The notes under the pieces: generated by a model
Database searches by the model: none
What the model saw: the letters and a program-made list of their open reading frames with translations, nothing else
What the model was told of the DNA's origin: nothing
Shown here: piece after piece, positions 1-10,135 of the stretch
Layout of the letters: every line of letters starts with the position of its first letter
Position numbering within the stretch: position 1 is the stretch's first letter
Virus record (IMG/VR): IMGVR_UViG_3300043449_002450
Span: 112,182-176,181 of that record
Length of the DNA: 64,000 nt
Strand: one strand, 5' to 3'
Origin: a virus
Made by a program: the position numbers and the translations under genes

Positions 1-7
1 GGATTTC

Positions 8-868
8 TTGTCAATGGGCACTCAAAAATCAGACGCAGCAGGTCAAAAGCCCATTGAGCCTTCTAGAAAGGATGTAACAGATGCTAAACACACACTGCTT
101 GACACAGCAGCACAGTTTTTAGCTGCTCGAATTCCGTTCGGTGACGTTTACTATGGCTTCAGGGCTTTCAAGACATTTAAAGAAATCGAAGAACAGTCAA
201 AAAAGCTCAATGAACTTTTGAGCAAGTCGGGTGTGTCAGTTGATCTCATGGCACCACCAGAGGCAAATGTTGACACAATTAAGAAGCTGTTCATAACATC
301 AGCAGCGGATCGTGCGATGCTTAAGAAGAGCACGGTAACCATCGCGCTAAAGTGCTATGACTTCTTCACTGATCTCATCTCTTCTGTTCCACTCGAAGTT
401 TTTCCTCCTCTTGCGATGCTTGACACCGCCATCGATGTGGGTATAAGCACCGTCGCGACCATAACACCCGATGAAACTTTAGCGATAAAGCTTTTAGACT
501 TTGCGCTGAAGTATAATGAGACGTTGCGTGAGCTAGAAGGAAAGATTAGCGCCTATTTGCCGGGTGAAGACTTTGCACACCTTAATAAGGTTACTAACTT
601 TATAGGCAACCTAGCGCTCATCCACGGTTCTGTCTCAAGCGCAGAGAAAGAAATAGAAGTATCTGAAGATCCTGACATTCTCGCCGAGCGTCGCCGTCGG
701 AAGAAGAAGCGCAGCAACGAGATGTCGATGACTGCGAATATTGCAGGCTATGTGGGTCCGATGGCGTCGCCCAAGGATCCAAAACAATTCTATGGCAAGA
801 TGGCTAAGGCAGCGGGAGGTGAATATCTCACCTCAGATCCTGCGAAAACTCTTAGATCGAAGCCATGA
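8..868 (+). CDS. Hypothetical protein, probably 5'-truncated by the window edge
   Basis: Frame is open to the window start; C-terminal basic patch RRRRKKKR followed by EMSMTANIAGYVGPM; no recognisable domain. Confidence 0.6.
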   Translation: MSMGTQKSDAAGQKPIEPSRKDVTDAKHTLLDTAAQFLAARIPFGDVYYGFRAFKTFKEIEEQSKKLNELLSKSGVSVDLMAPPEANVDTIKKLFITSAADRAMLKKSTVTIALKCYDFFTDLISSVPLEVFPPLAMLDTAIDVGISTVATITPDETLAIKLLDFALKYNETLRELEGKISAYLPGEDFAHLNKVTNFIGNLALIHGSVSSAEKEIEVSEDPDILAERRRRKKKRSNEMSMTANIAGYVGPMASPKDPKQFYGKMAKAAGGEYLTSDPAKTLRSKP

Positions 869-900
869 AAACTCTCTCGCCACAGTCTATGATTGTGGTG
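866..900 (+). promoter_or_regulatory. Putative promoter TGAAA-N17-TATGAT with the -10 box at a hairpin apex
   Basis: TGAAA 866-870, TATGAT 888-893; stem 878-887/891-900 with G-T pairs; upstream of ssb. Confidence 0.45.
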
Positions 901-984
901 TGAGGCTTACAAGACAAGCCCCTAGAATCCTCTAGAGACTAAAAACTGTAAGTTGCACATTAAACATTAAAAGGTAAAAACAAC

Positions 985-1803
985 ATGGCAATTAATTTTG
1001 ACGCGCTCCGCAAGCGCCTTGACAATCTGTCTGGAAACAACAAGAAGAGCAACTCCTCCTGGAAGCCCAAGGAGGGTGAGGAGTATACCGTTCGCCTCCT
1101 TTCGTTCCCAAATAACGAGGGCCAGCCGTTCAAGGAGCTCTGGTTCTACTACAACATCGGCAACAACCCAGGTCTCCTCGCGCCCTATCAGTTTGGTCAG
1201 GCAGATCCGATCCAGGAGCTTATCAGCAAGCTCAAGGATGAGGGCACCAAGGAGTCCTACGAGCTCGCCAAGAAGCTCTACCCGAAGATGCGTTGCTACG
1301 CTCCGGTCATCGTCCGCGGCGAGGAGGACAAGGGAGTCCAGATCTGGGCATTCGGCAAGCAGGTCTACCAGACACTTCTCGGCATCATGCTTGATGAGGA
1401 CTACGGTGACATCACCGATCCTGAGGACGGTCGTGACGTGAAGGTCCGTTGCTTCAAGCCACCTGGCAAGAAGTATTCTGAGACCGAGGTCATGCCTCGT
1501 GGCAAGGCATCTGCGCTTAGCACTAATGTGACGCAGAACAAGCAGTGGCTCTCTAGCATTCCAGACGTCTCCAAGATGTTTGAGTCGAAGTCCTATGATG
1601 AGCTTTCTAAGATCATCAACGACTGGATTGATGGTGGCATGCCCGATGGTAACAGCGAGGGCACCTCCCGAGGACCGTCTGAGAAGGTTGCAACTGTGTC
1701 TGAGGAAGAGGACGAGGTTCCCGTTCAGAAGAAGACAACTTCCTCTGGCAATAAAAACTACAAGTCTCTCGACGACGCTTTTAGCGATCTAATCGAAGAC
1801 TAA
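985..1803 (+). CDS. Single-stranded DNA-binding protein, T4 gp32-like
   Basis: WKP..VRLL..PF.E.WFYY N-terminus, YGDITDPEDGRD motif, acidic C-terminus SLDDAFSDLIED; precedes recA and the helicase. Confidence 0.8.
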   Translation: MAINFDALRKRLDNLSGNNKKSNSSWKPKEGEEYTVRLLSFPNNEGQPFKELWFYYNIGNNPGLLAPYQFGQADPIQELISKLKDEGTKESYELAKKLYPKMRCYAPVIVRGEEDKGVQIWAFGKQVYQTLLGIMLDEDYGDITDPEDGRDVKVRCFKPPGKKYSETEVMPRGKASALSTNVTQNKQWLSSIPDVSKMFESKSYDELSKIINDWIDGGMPDGNSEGTSRGPSEKVATVSEEEDEVPVQKKTTSSGNKNYKSLDDAFSDLIED

Positions 1804-1810
1804 GGTTAAT

Positions 1811-1852
1811 CGGGCGCAGGATGTAAATGCAGATCCTGCGCCCGTATTGTTT
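1811..1852 (+). terminator. 12-bp hairpin (terminator-like) overlapping a TGTAA-N18-TATTGT promoter
   Basis: cgggcgcaggat 1811-1822 / atcctgcgcccg 1833-1844, followed by tattgttt. Confidence 0.6.
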
Positions 1853-1866
1853 CTAAAGGAGAAAAT

Positions 1867-3018
1867 ATGGCAAGAGGCTCAAGAGAAAAGCGAGGCGATG
1901 AGACAGCAGGTGACTTTACAGCTGAGCTAATATCGTCACTCAACAAAGAAAATGGATCTAGGATTGCTTATAACCTGGCAGAGGATGAATCGCCAACGCA
2001 CGTCAAGAGCTGGGTATCTACAGGGTCCACACTTCTTGACTACTGCGTTTCAAACCGCCGGAACGGCGGCCTGCCGGTAGGTCGTATCATTGAGATCTTC
2101 GGACCGCCGTCTATCGGCAAGTCTCACATTGCAACGCAGATCGCCCGGTCAACTCAGCAGATGGGTGGAATCGTTGTTTACATCGATACCGAGAATGCCA
2201 CTTCTGTTGAGAACCTCCAGGCGCTAGGCGTCGACGTCAGCAAGAGATTTGTCTATGTTGACACACACTGCACAGAGGAGGTCTTCGACACAGCGGAGAA
2301 GACCATCGTCAAGGCGAAGGCGATGCAGAAGGACGTTCCAATCACGATTGTGTGGGACTCGGTGGCTGCAAGCTCTCCGAAGGCCGAGCTTTTAGGTGAC
2401 TATGACAAGGATAGCATCGGTCTGCAAGCTCGCGCGATTTCAAAGGGAATGAGAAAGATCACAGGGGTCATCGGAGACATGTCGGTCCTCATGATCTGCC
2501 TCAATCAGATCCGCACAAAGATCGGCGTTCTTCATGGCGACCCGACAACCGTGCCAGGTGGAATGGCGATCCCATTCCATGCAACAACCCGTCTCAAGCT
2601 AGGTGCAGGTCAGCAGATCCAGAACAAGAACGGTGACATCATTGGAATTCACGTGTCCGCAAAGACTGTGAAGAACAAGGTTGCACCACCATTCAGGACA
2701 GCAAACTTTCAGATCCATTTCGGCAAGGGCATTGTCGAGCACGAGGAGGTCTTTGACGTTCTGCGTGACGCGGGTGAGCGCCAGGTTGGGAACAAGATGA
2801 TCTGCGTCTCCGGCGATGGTGCATGGAAGGTGTTCACAGTGACCGATCTAGATCGTGGCGTCGTGATCATTGAGAAGAAGTTCCACAAGGCCGAGTTCGG
2901 TGAGATCATGAAGACGCCAGAATACAAGGCATACATCGATGACCTGATCGAGGCTGTCATGGTTAGGACCAAGGACGACCCGCAGACAACAGAGGATGTT
3001 GAGGGAGAAGCTGAGTGA
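1867..3018 (+). CDS. recA: RecA/UvsX recombinase
   Basis: STGS..LD, GRIIEIFGPPSIGKS (Walker A), YIDTENA, VWDSVAA, LNQIR, KNKVAPPF. Confidence 0.95.
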   Translation: MARGSREKRGDETAGDFTAELISSLNKENGSRIAYNLAEDESPTHVKSWVSTGSTLLDYCVSNRRNGGLPVGRIIEIFGPPSIGKSHIATQIARSTQQMGGIVVYIDTENATSVENLQALGVDVSKRFVYVDTHCTEEVFDTAEKTIVKAKAMQKDVPITIVWDSVAASSPKAELLGDYDKDSIGLQARAISKGMRKITGVIGDMSVLMICLNQIRTKIGVLHGDPTTVPGGMAIPFHATTRLKLGAGQQIQNKNGDIIGIHVSAKTVKNKVAPPFRTANFQIHFGKGIVEHEEVFDVLRDAGERQVGNKMICVSGDGAWKVFTVTDLDRGVVIIEKKFHKAEFGEIMKTPEYKAYIDDLIEAVMVRTKDDPQTTEDVEGEAE

Positions 3019-3971
3019 CTGGAGATGCATCGATTCTATTGGTCGATGCACTCAACCTCTTCACGAGGCATTACGTAGCACATCCCGCTTTGGGTGAGAA
3101 CGGTAATCATGTTGGAGGCATTGTTGGGTTTCTCAACGAGGTCAAGAACATGTGCTTCCGTTTTCGCCCAAAGCGAGTCTACGTTGTCTGGGAAGGCGGT
3201 GGGTCCTCGCGCCGTCGGGCTCTTTACCCAGACTACAAGGGACACCGTCGTCCCGAACGTCTTAACAGGTATTACGAGAATGATATACCGCAGACTGTGT
3301 CAGACCGTAATGACCAGATAGCCGCACTAGTCAAGATCATGAAATCGATGCCGATCTGCCAGATGTATGCGCAAGATTGCGAAGCAGATGATGTCATTGC
3401 TTACATCTGTCGATACCTGCATGCTGATTGTCTTCACGTCATCTTGTCTGCAGATAAAGACTACTACCAACTTATTCGTGACAATTCCATCATCTACTCG
3501 CCCACCTGGAAGAAGATTGTGGACACAGCGGATGTGATCAATAGATTCGGAGCGCACCCAAATAACTTTGCTCTTGCAAAGTCAATCTGTGGAGATGACT
3601 CAGATAATATACCCGGTGTTAGCGGGGTTGGGTTTAAGACACTTTCAAAGAGATTCCCAGAGCTACTAGGTGAGAGCGATATAAGGCTGGACCAGTTCAT
3701 GGAGTTGGCCCGTCAGCGTCAGACAGGTAAGGTCAAGGTGATTAATGAGATCGTCAACTCTAACGATCTGATCGCTAGAAACTGGCAGCTTGTTCACCTT
3801 GACACAGCATCGATTCATCCACAACAAATAGCTAAAATCACGCACACCTATGAAAATTGGGAGCCCAAGCGAGATAAAATCTCTCTTGTGAGAGACATAC
3901 AAAAAATCGGTGTAAGGAACTTTGATACGGATTCTCTGTTCTATGCCGTTAGCCACATTGGTGCAAAATGA
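3015..3971 (+). CDS. 5'-3' exonuclease / flap endonuclease (T4 RNase H / PolI N-domain family)
   Basis: LLVDALNL, YPDYKGHR, EADDVIA, SADKDYYQL, GDDSDNIPGVSGVG. Confidence 0.93.
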   Translation: MTGDASILLVDALNLFTRHYVAHPALGENGNHVGGIVGFLNEVKNMCFRFRPKRVYVVWEGGGSSRRRALYPDYKGHRRPERLNRYYENDIPQTVSDRNDQIAALVKIMKSMPICQMYAQDCEADDVIAYICRYLHADCLHVILSADKDYYQLIRDNSIIYSPTWKKIVDTADVINRFGAHPNNFALAKSICGDDSDNIPGVSGVGFKTLSKRFPELLGESDIRLDQFMELARQRQTGKVKVINEIVNSNDLIARNWQLVHLDTASIHPQQIAKITHTYENWEPKRDKISLVRDIQKIGVRNFDTDSLFYAVSHIGAK

Positions 3972-5341
3972 GTGATGCTTACTTTAGCCAGTATGGGAAG
4001 GGATTCCAAGAGAAGATCTTCCAGGCATTCTTGACAGATCGTCCCTGGGCAACGCAGATGATCGAGATCATGACGCCGCAATACTTCGATCTCAAGTATC
4101 TGCAGTATCTGTGCAACAGCTACTTCAATTACTACAAGAAATACAAGGACTTTCCCACCCTAAACTTGCTCATCACTATCATACGTGATGATCTTCGAGA
4201 GGGGAAGGATACTATCCTTCGTGACCAGATCGTTGATTTCTTGCAGCGGATTCGTGTCAACCCAGACATGGGTGATATTGCCTATGTCAAGGAAAAGACT
4301 CTCGACTTTTGTCGAAAGCAAGCGATGAAAGATGCGCTAGAAAAAGCTGTCGAGATGATCGCCACAGATAATTTAGATTCTGTTGTCGGTGTCATGAAGC
4401 AGGCCCTGTCTGCAGGGACTCCAGCCACAACAGGGCATGATTTCTTCGCAGATATCGAGGCAAGATTTGTCAAGACCCGACGCTCTACATGTCCGACTGG
4501 AATCAAGCATCTTGATGCACAGGACATTCTCAACGGGGGTCTAGGTAAAGGTGAGCTCGGCGTTGTAGTTGCACCTACTGGTGTCGGCAAGAGTCACTAT
4601 CTTGTGTCCGTGGGTGCTCACGCTCTCAAGATGGGGAAGAACGTGCTGCACTACACATTCGAGCTATCAGAAGCTGCAGTCGGTCTAAGATATGATTCAA
4701 ATTTGTGCAGCATACCAAGCAATGATGTCATTGATAAGAAAGAAGAAGTCTTATCTTTCTACAAGGACAACCAGGATCTCGGGCGCCTGATCATCAAAGA
4801 ATATCCAACGGGAACTGCATCTGTTCAAACGCTTCGAAACCACATCGAGAAGCTACTGCTAAAGTCTTTCACGCCTAACATTATCTTGATTGACTACGCT
4901 GACATCATGCGTTCGTCACGGGCATTTGATTCTCTTAGGCATGAATTGAAGCTTGTCTACGAGGAGCTACGAAATTTGGCGATGGATCTCAATGTTCCTA
5001 TCTGGACAGCGTCACAGGCAAATCGTGATGCAGCAAATTCTGATGTCGTCGGTCTAGAAAATATGTCTGAGGCGTATGGCAAGGCGATGGTTGCTGACGT
5101 TGTTGTCTCTGTCTCACGAAAGCCAAATGAGAAGGCGACGGGTGCGGGCCGGCTCTTTGTTGCAAAGAATCGTGCTGGTCGGGATGGCATGCTCTTCCCG
5201 ATTCGAATAGATACTGCTATGTCGAAGTTCACTGTCCTAGAAGACGCAGCAGAGATGTCCATGGATGATGTGTTAGCTACCGACAAGACGAGCATGAAGA
5301 ATCTGCTCAAAGAGAAGTGGCGCGAGGTTAACTCAAAGTAG
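3968..5341 (+). CDS. Replicative DnaB/gp41-like helicase
   Basis: APTGVGKS (Walker A), YTFELSE, IIKEYPT, LIDYADIM, WTASQANR, KNRAG. Confidence 0.93.
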   Translation: MSDAYFSQYGKGFQEKIFQAFLTDRPWATQMIEIMTPQYFDLKYLQYLCNSYFNYYKKYKDFPTLNLLITIIRDDLREGKDTILRDQIVDFLQRIRVNPDMGDIAYVKEKTLDFCRKQAMKDALEKAVEMIATDNLDSVVGVMKQALSAGTPATTGHDFFADIEARFVKTRRSTCPTGIKHLDAQDILNGGLGKGELGVVVAPTGVGKSHYLVSVGAHALKMGKNVLHYTFELSEAAVGLRYDSNLCSIPSNDVIDKKEEVLSFYKDNQDLGRLIIKEYPTGTASVQTLRNHIEKLLLKSFTPNIILIDYADIMRSSRAFDSLRHELKLVYEELRNLAMDLNVPIWTASQANRDAANSDVVGLENMSEAYGKAMVADVVVSVSRKPNEKATGAGRLFVAKNRAGRDGMLFPIRIDTAMSKFTVLEDAAEMSMDDVLATDKTSMKNLLKEKWREVNSK

Positions 5342-5375
5342 CCGCCCTGTAACTTAATTGGAGAGTATAACAAGA

Positions 5376-7847
5376 ATGTCTGACCAATCTGTCATTGATT
5401 ATTTCGGCGGCGATGATCTCGCTGCCGATGTATTTGGTAAATACATCCTCAGGGATGCGCAGGGCAATCAGCTTGAGCGTTCACCTGTCGATATGCATCG
5501 GCGTCTTGCCAGAGAATTCGCACGAATAGAGGAAAAGTATCCAAACCCGATGTCGGAGGATGAGATCTTTAGACTTCTTGATGGATTCAAGCAGGTTGTC
5601 CCGCAGGGTTCACCGTTGTCAGGAATTGGCAACCCATACCAGCTGCAAAGTCTATCCAACTGCTTTGTGGTCGACCAGCCCCACGACAGCTACGCGGGCA
5701 TCCTGTTCACAGATCAGGAGCAGGTCCAGATCATGAAGCGCCGAGGTGGAGTCGGATTTGACATCTCCACGATCCGCCCAAAGGGCCAACCGACTTCCAA
5801 TGCTGCCCGGACGACAGACGGTATTGGTGTCTTCATGGAGAGGTTCAGCAACACCTGTCGTGAAGTTGCCCAGGGAGGCCGGCGCGGCGCGCTCATGCTC
5901 ACGATCGATTGTCGTCACCCCGAGATCGAGACCTTCATCGACATCAAGCGCGACCTGAAGAAGGTCACTGGTGCCAACATCTCGATCCGCTTCACCGATG
6001 AGTTCATGAAGGCAGTGGAGAGCAACGTCGGGTTCTGCCTCCGCTGGCCAGTCGAGGCACGCCCCGAGGACGCAGAGATCGTCAAGATGGTCGACGCGAA
6101 GCAGATATGGGACAAGTTTGTCGACGCCGCATGGGCTTCTGCAGAGCCCGGAGCACTGTTCTGGGATGCTGTGGTCAATAACGGAATTGTCGATTGTTAT
6201 CGTGATGTTGGCTACAAGACGATCTCTACAAATCCGTGCGGTGAGATCCCGCTCAGCCCCTACGACTCCTGTCGCTTGATGGTTGTCAATCTCACGTCGT
6301 TTGTCAATGGTCCGTTTAGCGCGAATCCATCGTTTGATTTTGCAAGATTTAATGATGTTGTCATGAAAGCGCAGCGACTCATGGACGATCTTGTGGATCT
6401 CGAGGTGGAGTGCGTCGATCGGATCCTCGAGAAGATTGAGAGAGATCCCCAGCCTGAGAATGTGAAGGCCATCGAGCTGCAGCTCTGGAAGAAGATTCGC
6501 GCGGCAGGTCTCAACGGTCGTAGAACAGGTCTAGGAGTAACAGGACTTGGTGACACGCTTGCCGCGCTAAACATCCAGTATGGAAGCAAGTGCTCGATCG
6601 AAGTGACAGAGGAAATCTACAAGGCTCTCGCGGTCGGTGCTCATCGTTCATCTTTGGTCATGGCGAAAGAGCGCGGTGCATTCCCAGTGTGGGACTACCA
6701 GAAAGAGAAGGATCACCCCTATCTTCAGAAAGTGATAAACACATGCAACGGTGAATATCATGACATGTGGCGAACCACAGGCCGTCGAAACATCGCGCTA
6801 ACAACAACTGCGCCTGTTGGATCGATCTCCTGCCTCACGCAGACCACAAGCGGAATCGAGCCCGCATTCCTCCTCTCCTATAAGCGTCGCCGCAAGATTA
6901 CACAAAGTGATACTAAGACTGTTCCAGACTTCGTAGACCCATTGGGTGATAAGTGGCAAGAATATACTGTCTACCACCACTGGTTCAAGAAGTGGATGGA
7001 AGTGACAGGAAAGTCAGATCCAAAAGAGAGCCCATACTGGGGTGGAACTGCCAACGATATTGATTGGGTAAAATCAGTTGAGATCCAGGCAGCAGCACAG
7101 CGGTGGATCGACCACAGTATTAGCAAGACTTGCAATCTTCCAAACACAGCCACACGTGAGATCGTCAATGACGTCTATCTTAAGGCGTGGCGCGAGGGAT
7201 GCAAGGGATTCACGGTCTACCGTGACGGATGCAGGACAGGTGTTCTCATCTCAACAGAGGAGAAGAAAGAGACACCCAAGACTGCTGCAGACGTCCATCC
7301 CAAGCGCCCCAAGGAGCTACCTTGTGACATCCACCGCGTCAACATAAAGGACGATGCGGGAAATACACAGTCATGGATGGTCTTGGTCGGCCTTAAAGAT
7401 GGCGCACCATACGAAGTCTTCAGCGGCCTAGCAGAGCACATCGAGGTCCCCAAGAAGACCAAGAGTGGTGTCCTCATCCGTAACGGCAAGAAGGACGGTG
7501 TTGCCACCTACAACCTTCGTGTCCCAGTCGGCAATGACGATGAGATCCTCTTCAAGGACGTGGTGAACCTGTTCGCCAACCCGACACAGGGTGCCTTCAC
7601 GAGGACGATCTCTCTGGCACTCCGGCACGGCATCCCGGTCAACTTCGTGGTAGACCAGCTCCAGAAGGATAAGGACTCAGATATGTTCACGTTCTCACGG
7701 TGTGTCGCTCGTGTTCTCAAGGGCTACATTCCAGATGGGACCAAGTCGACGTCGGAGAAGAAGTGCAAGGAGTGCGGTAGCGATCAGGTCTTCTACATGG
7801 AAGGATGCATCACCTGCCAGTCTTGCGGTTCTAGCAAGTGCTCTTAA
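5376..7847 (+). CDS. nrdJ: Class II (adenosylcobalamin-dependent) ribonucleotide reductase
   Basis: LSNCFV, RRGGVG, TNPCGE (thiyl radical Cys), APVGSIS..TSGIEP, C-terminal KCKECG..CITCQSCGSSKC; no nrdB adjacent; ATG 5376 preferred to TTG 5358. Confidence 0.88.
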   Translation: MSDQSVIDYFGGDDLAADVFGKYILRDAQGNQLERSPVDMHRRLAREFARIEEKYPNPMSEDEIFRLLDGFKQVVPQGSPLSGIGNPYQLQSLSNCFVVDQPHDSYAGILFTDQEQVQIMKRRGGVGFDISTIRPKGQPTSNAARTTDGIGVFMERFSNTCREVAQGGRRGALMLTIDCRHPEIETFIDIKRDLKKVTGANISIRFTDEFMKAVESNVGFCLRWPVEARPEDAEIVKMVDAKQIWDKFVDAAWASAEPGALFWDAVVNNGIVDCYRDVGYKTISTNPCGEIPLSPYDSCRLMVVNLTSFVNGPFSANPSFDFARFNDVVMKAQRLMDDLVDLEVECVDRILEKIERDPQPENVKAIELQLWKKIRAAGLNGRRTGLGVTGLGDTLAALNIQYGSKCSIEVTEEIYKALAVGAHRSSLVMAKERGAFPVWDYQKEKDHPYLQKVINTCNGEYHDMWRTTGRRNIALTTTAPVGSISCLTQTTSGIEPAFLLSYKRRRKITQSDTKTVPDFVDPLGDKWQEYTVYHHWFKKWMEVTGKSDPKESPYWGGTANDIDWVKSVEIQAAAQRWIDHSISKTCNLPNTATREIVNDVYLKAWREGCKGFTVYRDGCRTGVLISTEEKKETPKTAADVHPKRPKELPCDIHRVNIKDDAGNTQSWMVLVGLKDGAPYEVFSGLAEHIEVPKKTKSGVLIRNGKKDGVATYNLRVPVGNDDEILFKDVVNLFANPTQGAFTRTISLALRHGIPVNFVVDQLQKDKDSDMFTFSRCVARVLKGYIPDGTKSTSEKKCKECGSDQVFYMEGCITCQSCGSSKCS

Positions 7848-7879
7848 TAAATTGATCGAGAGACGCGTATAATAGATGT

Positions 7880-8482
7880 ATGAACATCATCACACGCGTC
7901 TCTCCCCTCATTAAGGAATGCGAACTTCGCGCTCCGCCTATCATCATCCGCGTCAATAAGTTCGATGAGGACTCAGCAAAGGAGTTTGTCCAGCACATGT
8001 CGATTGCCCAGTCTTCTGGGCAAAATGTGATTCCTGTCGTCATCGACAGCTATGGCGGTCAGGTCTACTCTCTTATGACCATGATCGATGCAATCAAGGG
8101 GTCACGAGTTCCTGTCGCGACCATCGTCGAGGGTAAGGCGATGTCCTGCGGCGCTGTCCTGTTGACTTGTGGCGCGCCTGGCATGCGCTATGCATCTCCT
8201 CACTCCACCATCATGATCCACGAGGTAGCGTCTGGTGGTGCTGGCAAGGTCGAGGAGATCAAGGCAGATGCCAAGGAGACAGATCGACTCAATGAGAAGA
8301 TCTTCAAGCTTATGGCAGACAACATTGGTAAGGATGAATCATTCTTCCTCGATGAGATCCATCACAAGAAGCATGCAGACTGGTATCTTGAGCCAGAAGA
8401 AGCAAAAGAGATTGGCCTTATTAACCATGTTAAGATTCCAGAGATGATGTTAACTGTTGACGTCAAATATAAGTTTGAATAG
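7880..8482 (+). CDS. clpP: ClpP-family protease subunit
   Basis: IDSYGGQV, GKAMSCG (catalytic Ser), IMIHE (His), DWYLEPEEAKEIGLI. Confidence 0.9.
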   Translation: MNIITRVSPLIKECELRAPPIIIRVNKFDEDSAKEFVQHMSIAQSSGQNVIPVVIDSYGGQVYSLMTMIDAIKGSRVPVATIVEGKAMSCGAVLLTCGAPGMRYASPHSTIMIHEVASGGAGKVEEIKADAKETDRLNEKIFKLMADNIGKDESFFLDEIHHKKHADWYLEPEEAKEIGLINHVKIPEMMLTVDVKYKFE

Positions 8483-8768
8483 AAGAGCAGAACTACTATT
8501 AAAAGTTGTCACATGGAGACTCTTCTCCATGTGTTACGGCTTTTCGATCGCATACTTTTTCACAAATAACGCCATGGAATCTCTAGGAATTGTGGCTCTA
8601 ACAGGATCCACTTTGACACTTTTGCAGTGGCTTTTTGAGATTTTGTGGGATAACCACATCAGGGAGCGCTTAAGATATGCCCTTTCAAGAGAACAAGGTA
8701 GAGCTAGTTGGCTATTATGGTGGCGACGAGGCACACGCGCTGTCAGCGTGGACGAGCACAAGCCGTGA
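8475..8768 (+). CDS. Small membrane protein (DUF2061-like)
   Basis: LLKVVTWRLFS motif, two hydrophobic segments and E.LW; start uncertain; 3' end overlaps thyX. Confidence 0.5.
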   Translation: MNRRAELLLKVVTWRLFSMCYGFSIAYFFTNNAMESLGIVALTGSTLTLLQWLFEILWDNHIRERLRYALSREQGRASWLLWWRRGTRAVSVDEHKP

Positions 8769-9342
8769 CCTAACAGAGGAGAAGCGGAATCGAATCCCGA
8801 CGCTCCTAAAAATGCTTGCAGAAAATGGACACGAGACACCGTTTGAGAAGAGCTCACTTCATTTTCTAGTGACAGTTGACACAGCAACACACATCCACCT
8901 CCTAAAGCATCGCATTGGCGTGTCCATTAATGGCGAATCAGCACGCTACAAAGAGCTGCGTGATGATAAATACTTTCTTCCAAAAGACTGGCCGCTAGAG
9001 GAGCAGGCGCTTTATGTTGCCTTCATGGAGGACGCTCTCATGCGCTATCATGATGCGCTCGAGCGCTTCTTCGAGAATGGCATGAATCGAAAGCGTGCGA
9101 AAGAATCGGCTAGATTCTACCTTCCCTATGGCAACCAGGTTACATTGGATGTGATGTTTAACTGGAGATCTTTTAACCACTTTCTTGGCCTACGCATGAA
9201 GCAAGACGCCCAGAGAGAAGTTAGAGAGCTAGCAGAAAAGATGCTACTCCTAGTAAGGAACATTCCAGGTGATCCGTTCAAGCACACGATCGAAGCATTC
9301 GGTCATCTTGATGATGTCGAGCAGTTTTCTCCGCCTTACTAA
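8677..9342 (+). CDS. thyX: FAD-dependent thymidylate synthase ThyX (copy 1)
   Basis: GHETPFE, KHRIGVSINGESARY, KESARFYLP, NWRSFNHFLGLR, AQREVR. Confidence 0.92.
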   Translation: MPFQENKVELVGYYGGDEAHALSAWTSTSRDLTEEKRNRIPTLLKMLAENGHETPFEKSSLHFLVTVDTATHIHLLKHRIGVSINGESARYKELRDDKYFLPKDWPLEEQALYVAFMEDALMRYHDALERFFENGMNRKRAKESARFYLPYGNQVTLDVMFNWRSFNHFLGLRMKQDAQREVRELAEKMLLLVRNIPGDPFKHTIEAFGHLDDVEQFSPPY

Positions 9343-9354
9343 TAAGTAAGAGCG

Positions 9355-9675
9355 ATGCCCTCAAAATACGCACCAGCACCCGACTCAACTTCACAGAAGG
9401 TCATTAGATTCTTCCTAAAGAAGCTAAAGAAGTCGGGTCATTCTGCATTTGAGATCGATAAGGAAACGAGACGCTTCACGTCGATCTATAGCTCTGTTGT
9501 CAATCATGCAATGAACGCAAAAGGTCAATCACGGAAGCAAGCGCACAAGTATGCCTTAAAGGTCTACACAGAGCAAGCCCCAAAATGGGCGGCCAAAGTT
9601 CTAAAGAAGAGTAAAGCTTCCAAAAAGAAGGCGCTCAAAGAGGTTATTAGGTTGATCATCGATACACTCATGTAA
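9355..9675 (+). CDS. Basic hypothetical protein
   Basis: Lys-rich; ends ALKEVIRLIIDTLM; ATAAGTA at 9342-9348 upstream. Confidence 0.6.
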   Translation: MPSKYAPAPDSTSQKVIRFFLKKLKKSGHSAFEIDKETRRFTSIYSSVVNHAMNAKGQSRKQAHKYALKVYTEQAPKWAAKVLKKSKASKKKALKEVIRLIIDTLM

Positions 9676-9703
9676 AACACAAAATTTGTGTTTATTATGA
9701 TTT

Positions 9704-10135
9704 ATGCGTGCTCCCCCGTCGCCTTATAGTCTAATACAAGAGAAGGTCCAGGATGATCCCTGGCGTGTCTTTGTTGTTTGCATATTCTGCAACTTGACTA
9801 AGCGTGTTGATGCCGAGCCCATCATGTGGAAGTTCTTTGACAGATGGCCAGACGCATCATCTGCTGCGCTTGCGGATCAAGAAGAGATCCGTCTAATGAT
9901 CAAGGATCTTGGTCTTGGAGAACGACGTAGCAAGACCCTTGTAAGGATGTCTCAAGATTATCTTTCGTGGAACTCCCGTGACCCTGGAGACCTCTATGGT
10001 ATTGGAGAATATGCAACAGCAGCCTACAAGATTTTCTGTGAACACGCGTGGAGCCAGATCGCTGAGCCAAAGGACGGCGCACTGAAGAAGTATTGGAAAT
10101 GGATCAACAACGTGCAGGAGGTTAGAAATGCCTGA
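9704..10135 (+). CDS. Stand-alone MBD4-like HhH DNA glycosylase (G:T/G:U mismatch type)
   Basis: PPSPYSLIQE..DPW..IFCNLT, LGL..R.KT, LYGIGEY...Y.IFC, EPKD.AL..Y..W; parallels the MBD4 catalytic domain from memory. Confidence 0.8.
   Translation: MRAPPSPYSLIQEKVQDDPWRVFVVCIFCNLTKRVDAEPIMWKFFDRWPDASSAALADQEEIRLMIKDLGLGERRSKTLVRMSQDYLSWNSRDPGDLYGIGEYATAAYKIFCEHAWSQIAEPKDGALKKYWKWINNVQEVRNA

Noticed and set aside
5348-5371. TGTAA..TATAAC upstream of nrdJ as a TGTAA-class promoter
   Set aside because: Spacer is 13 nt rather than about 17
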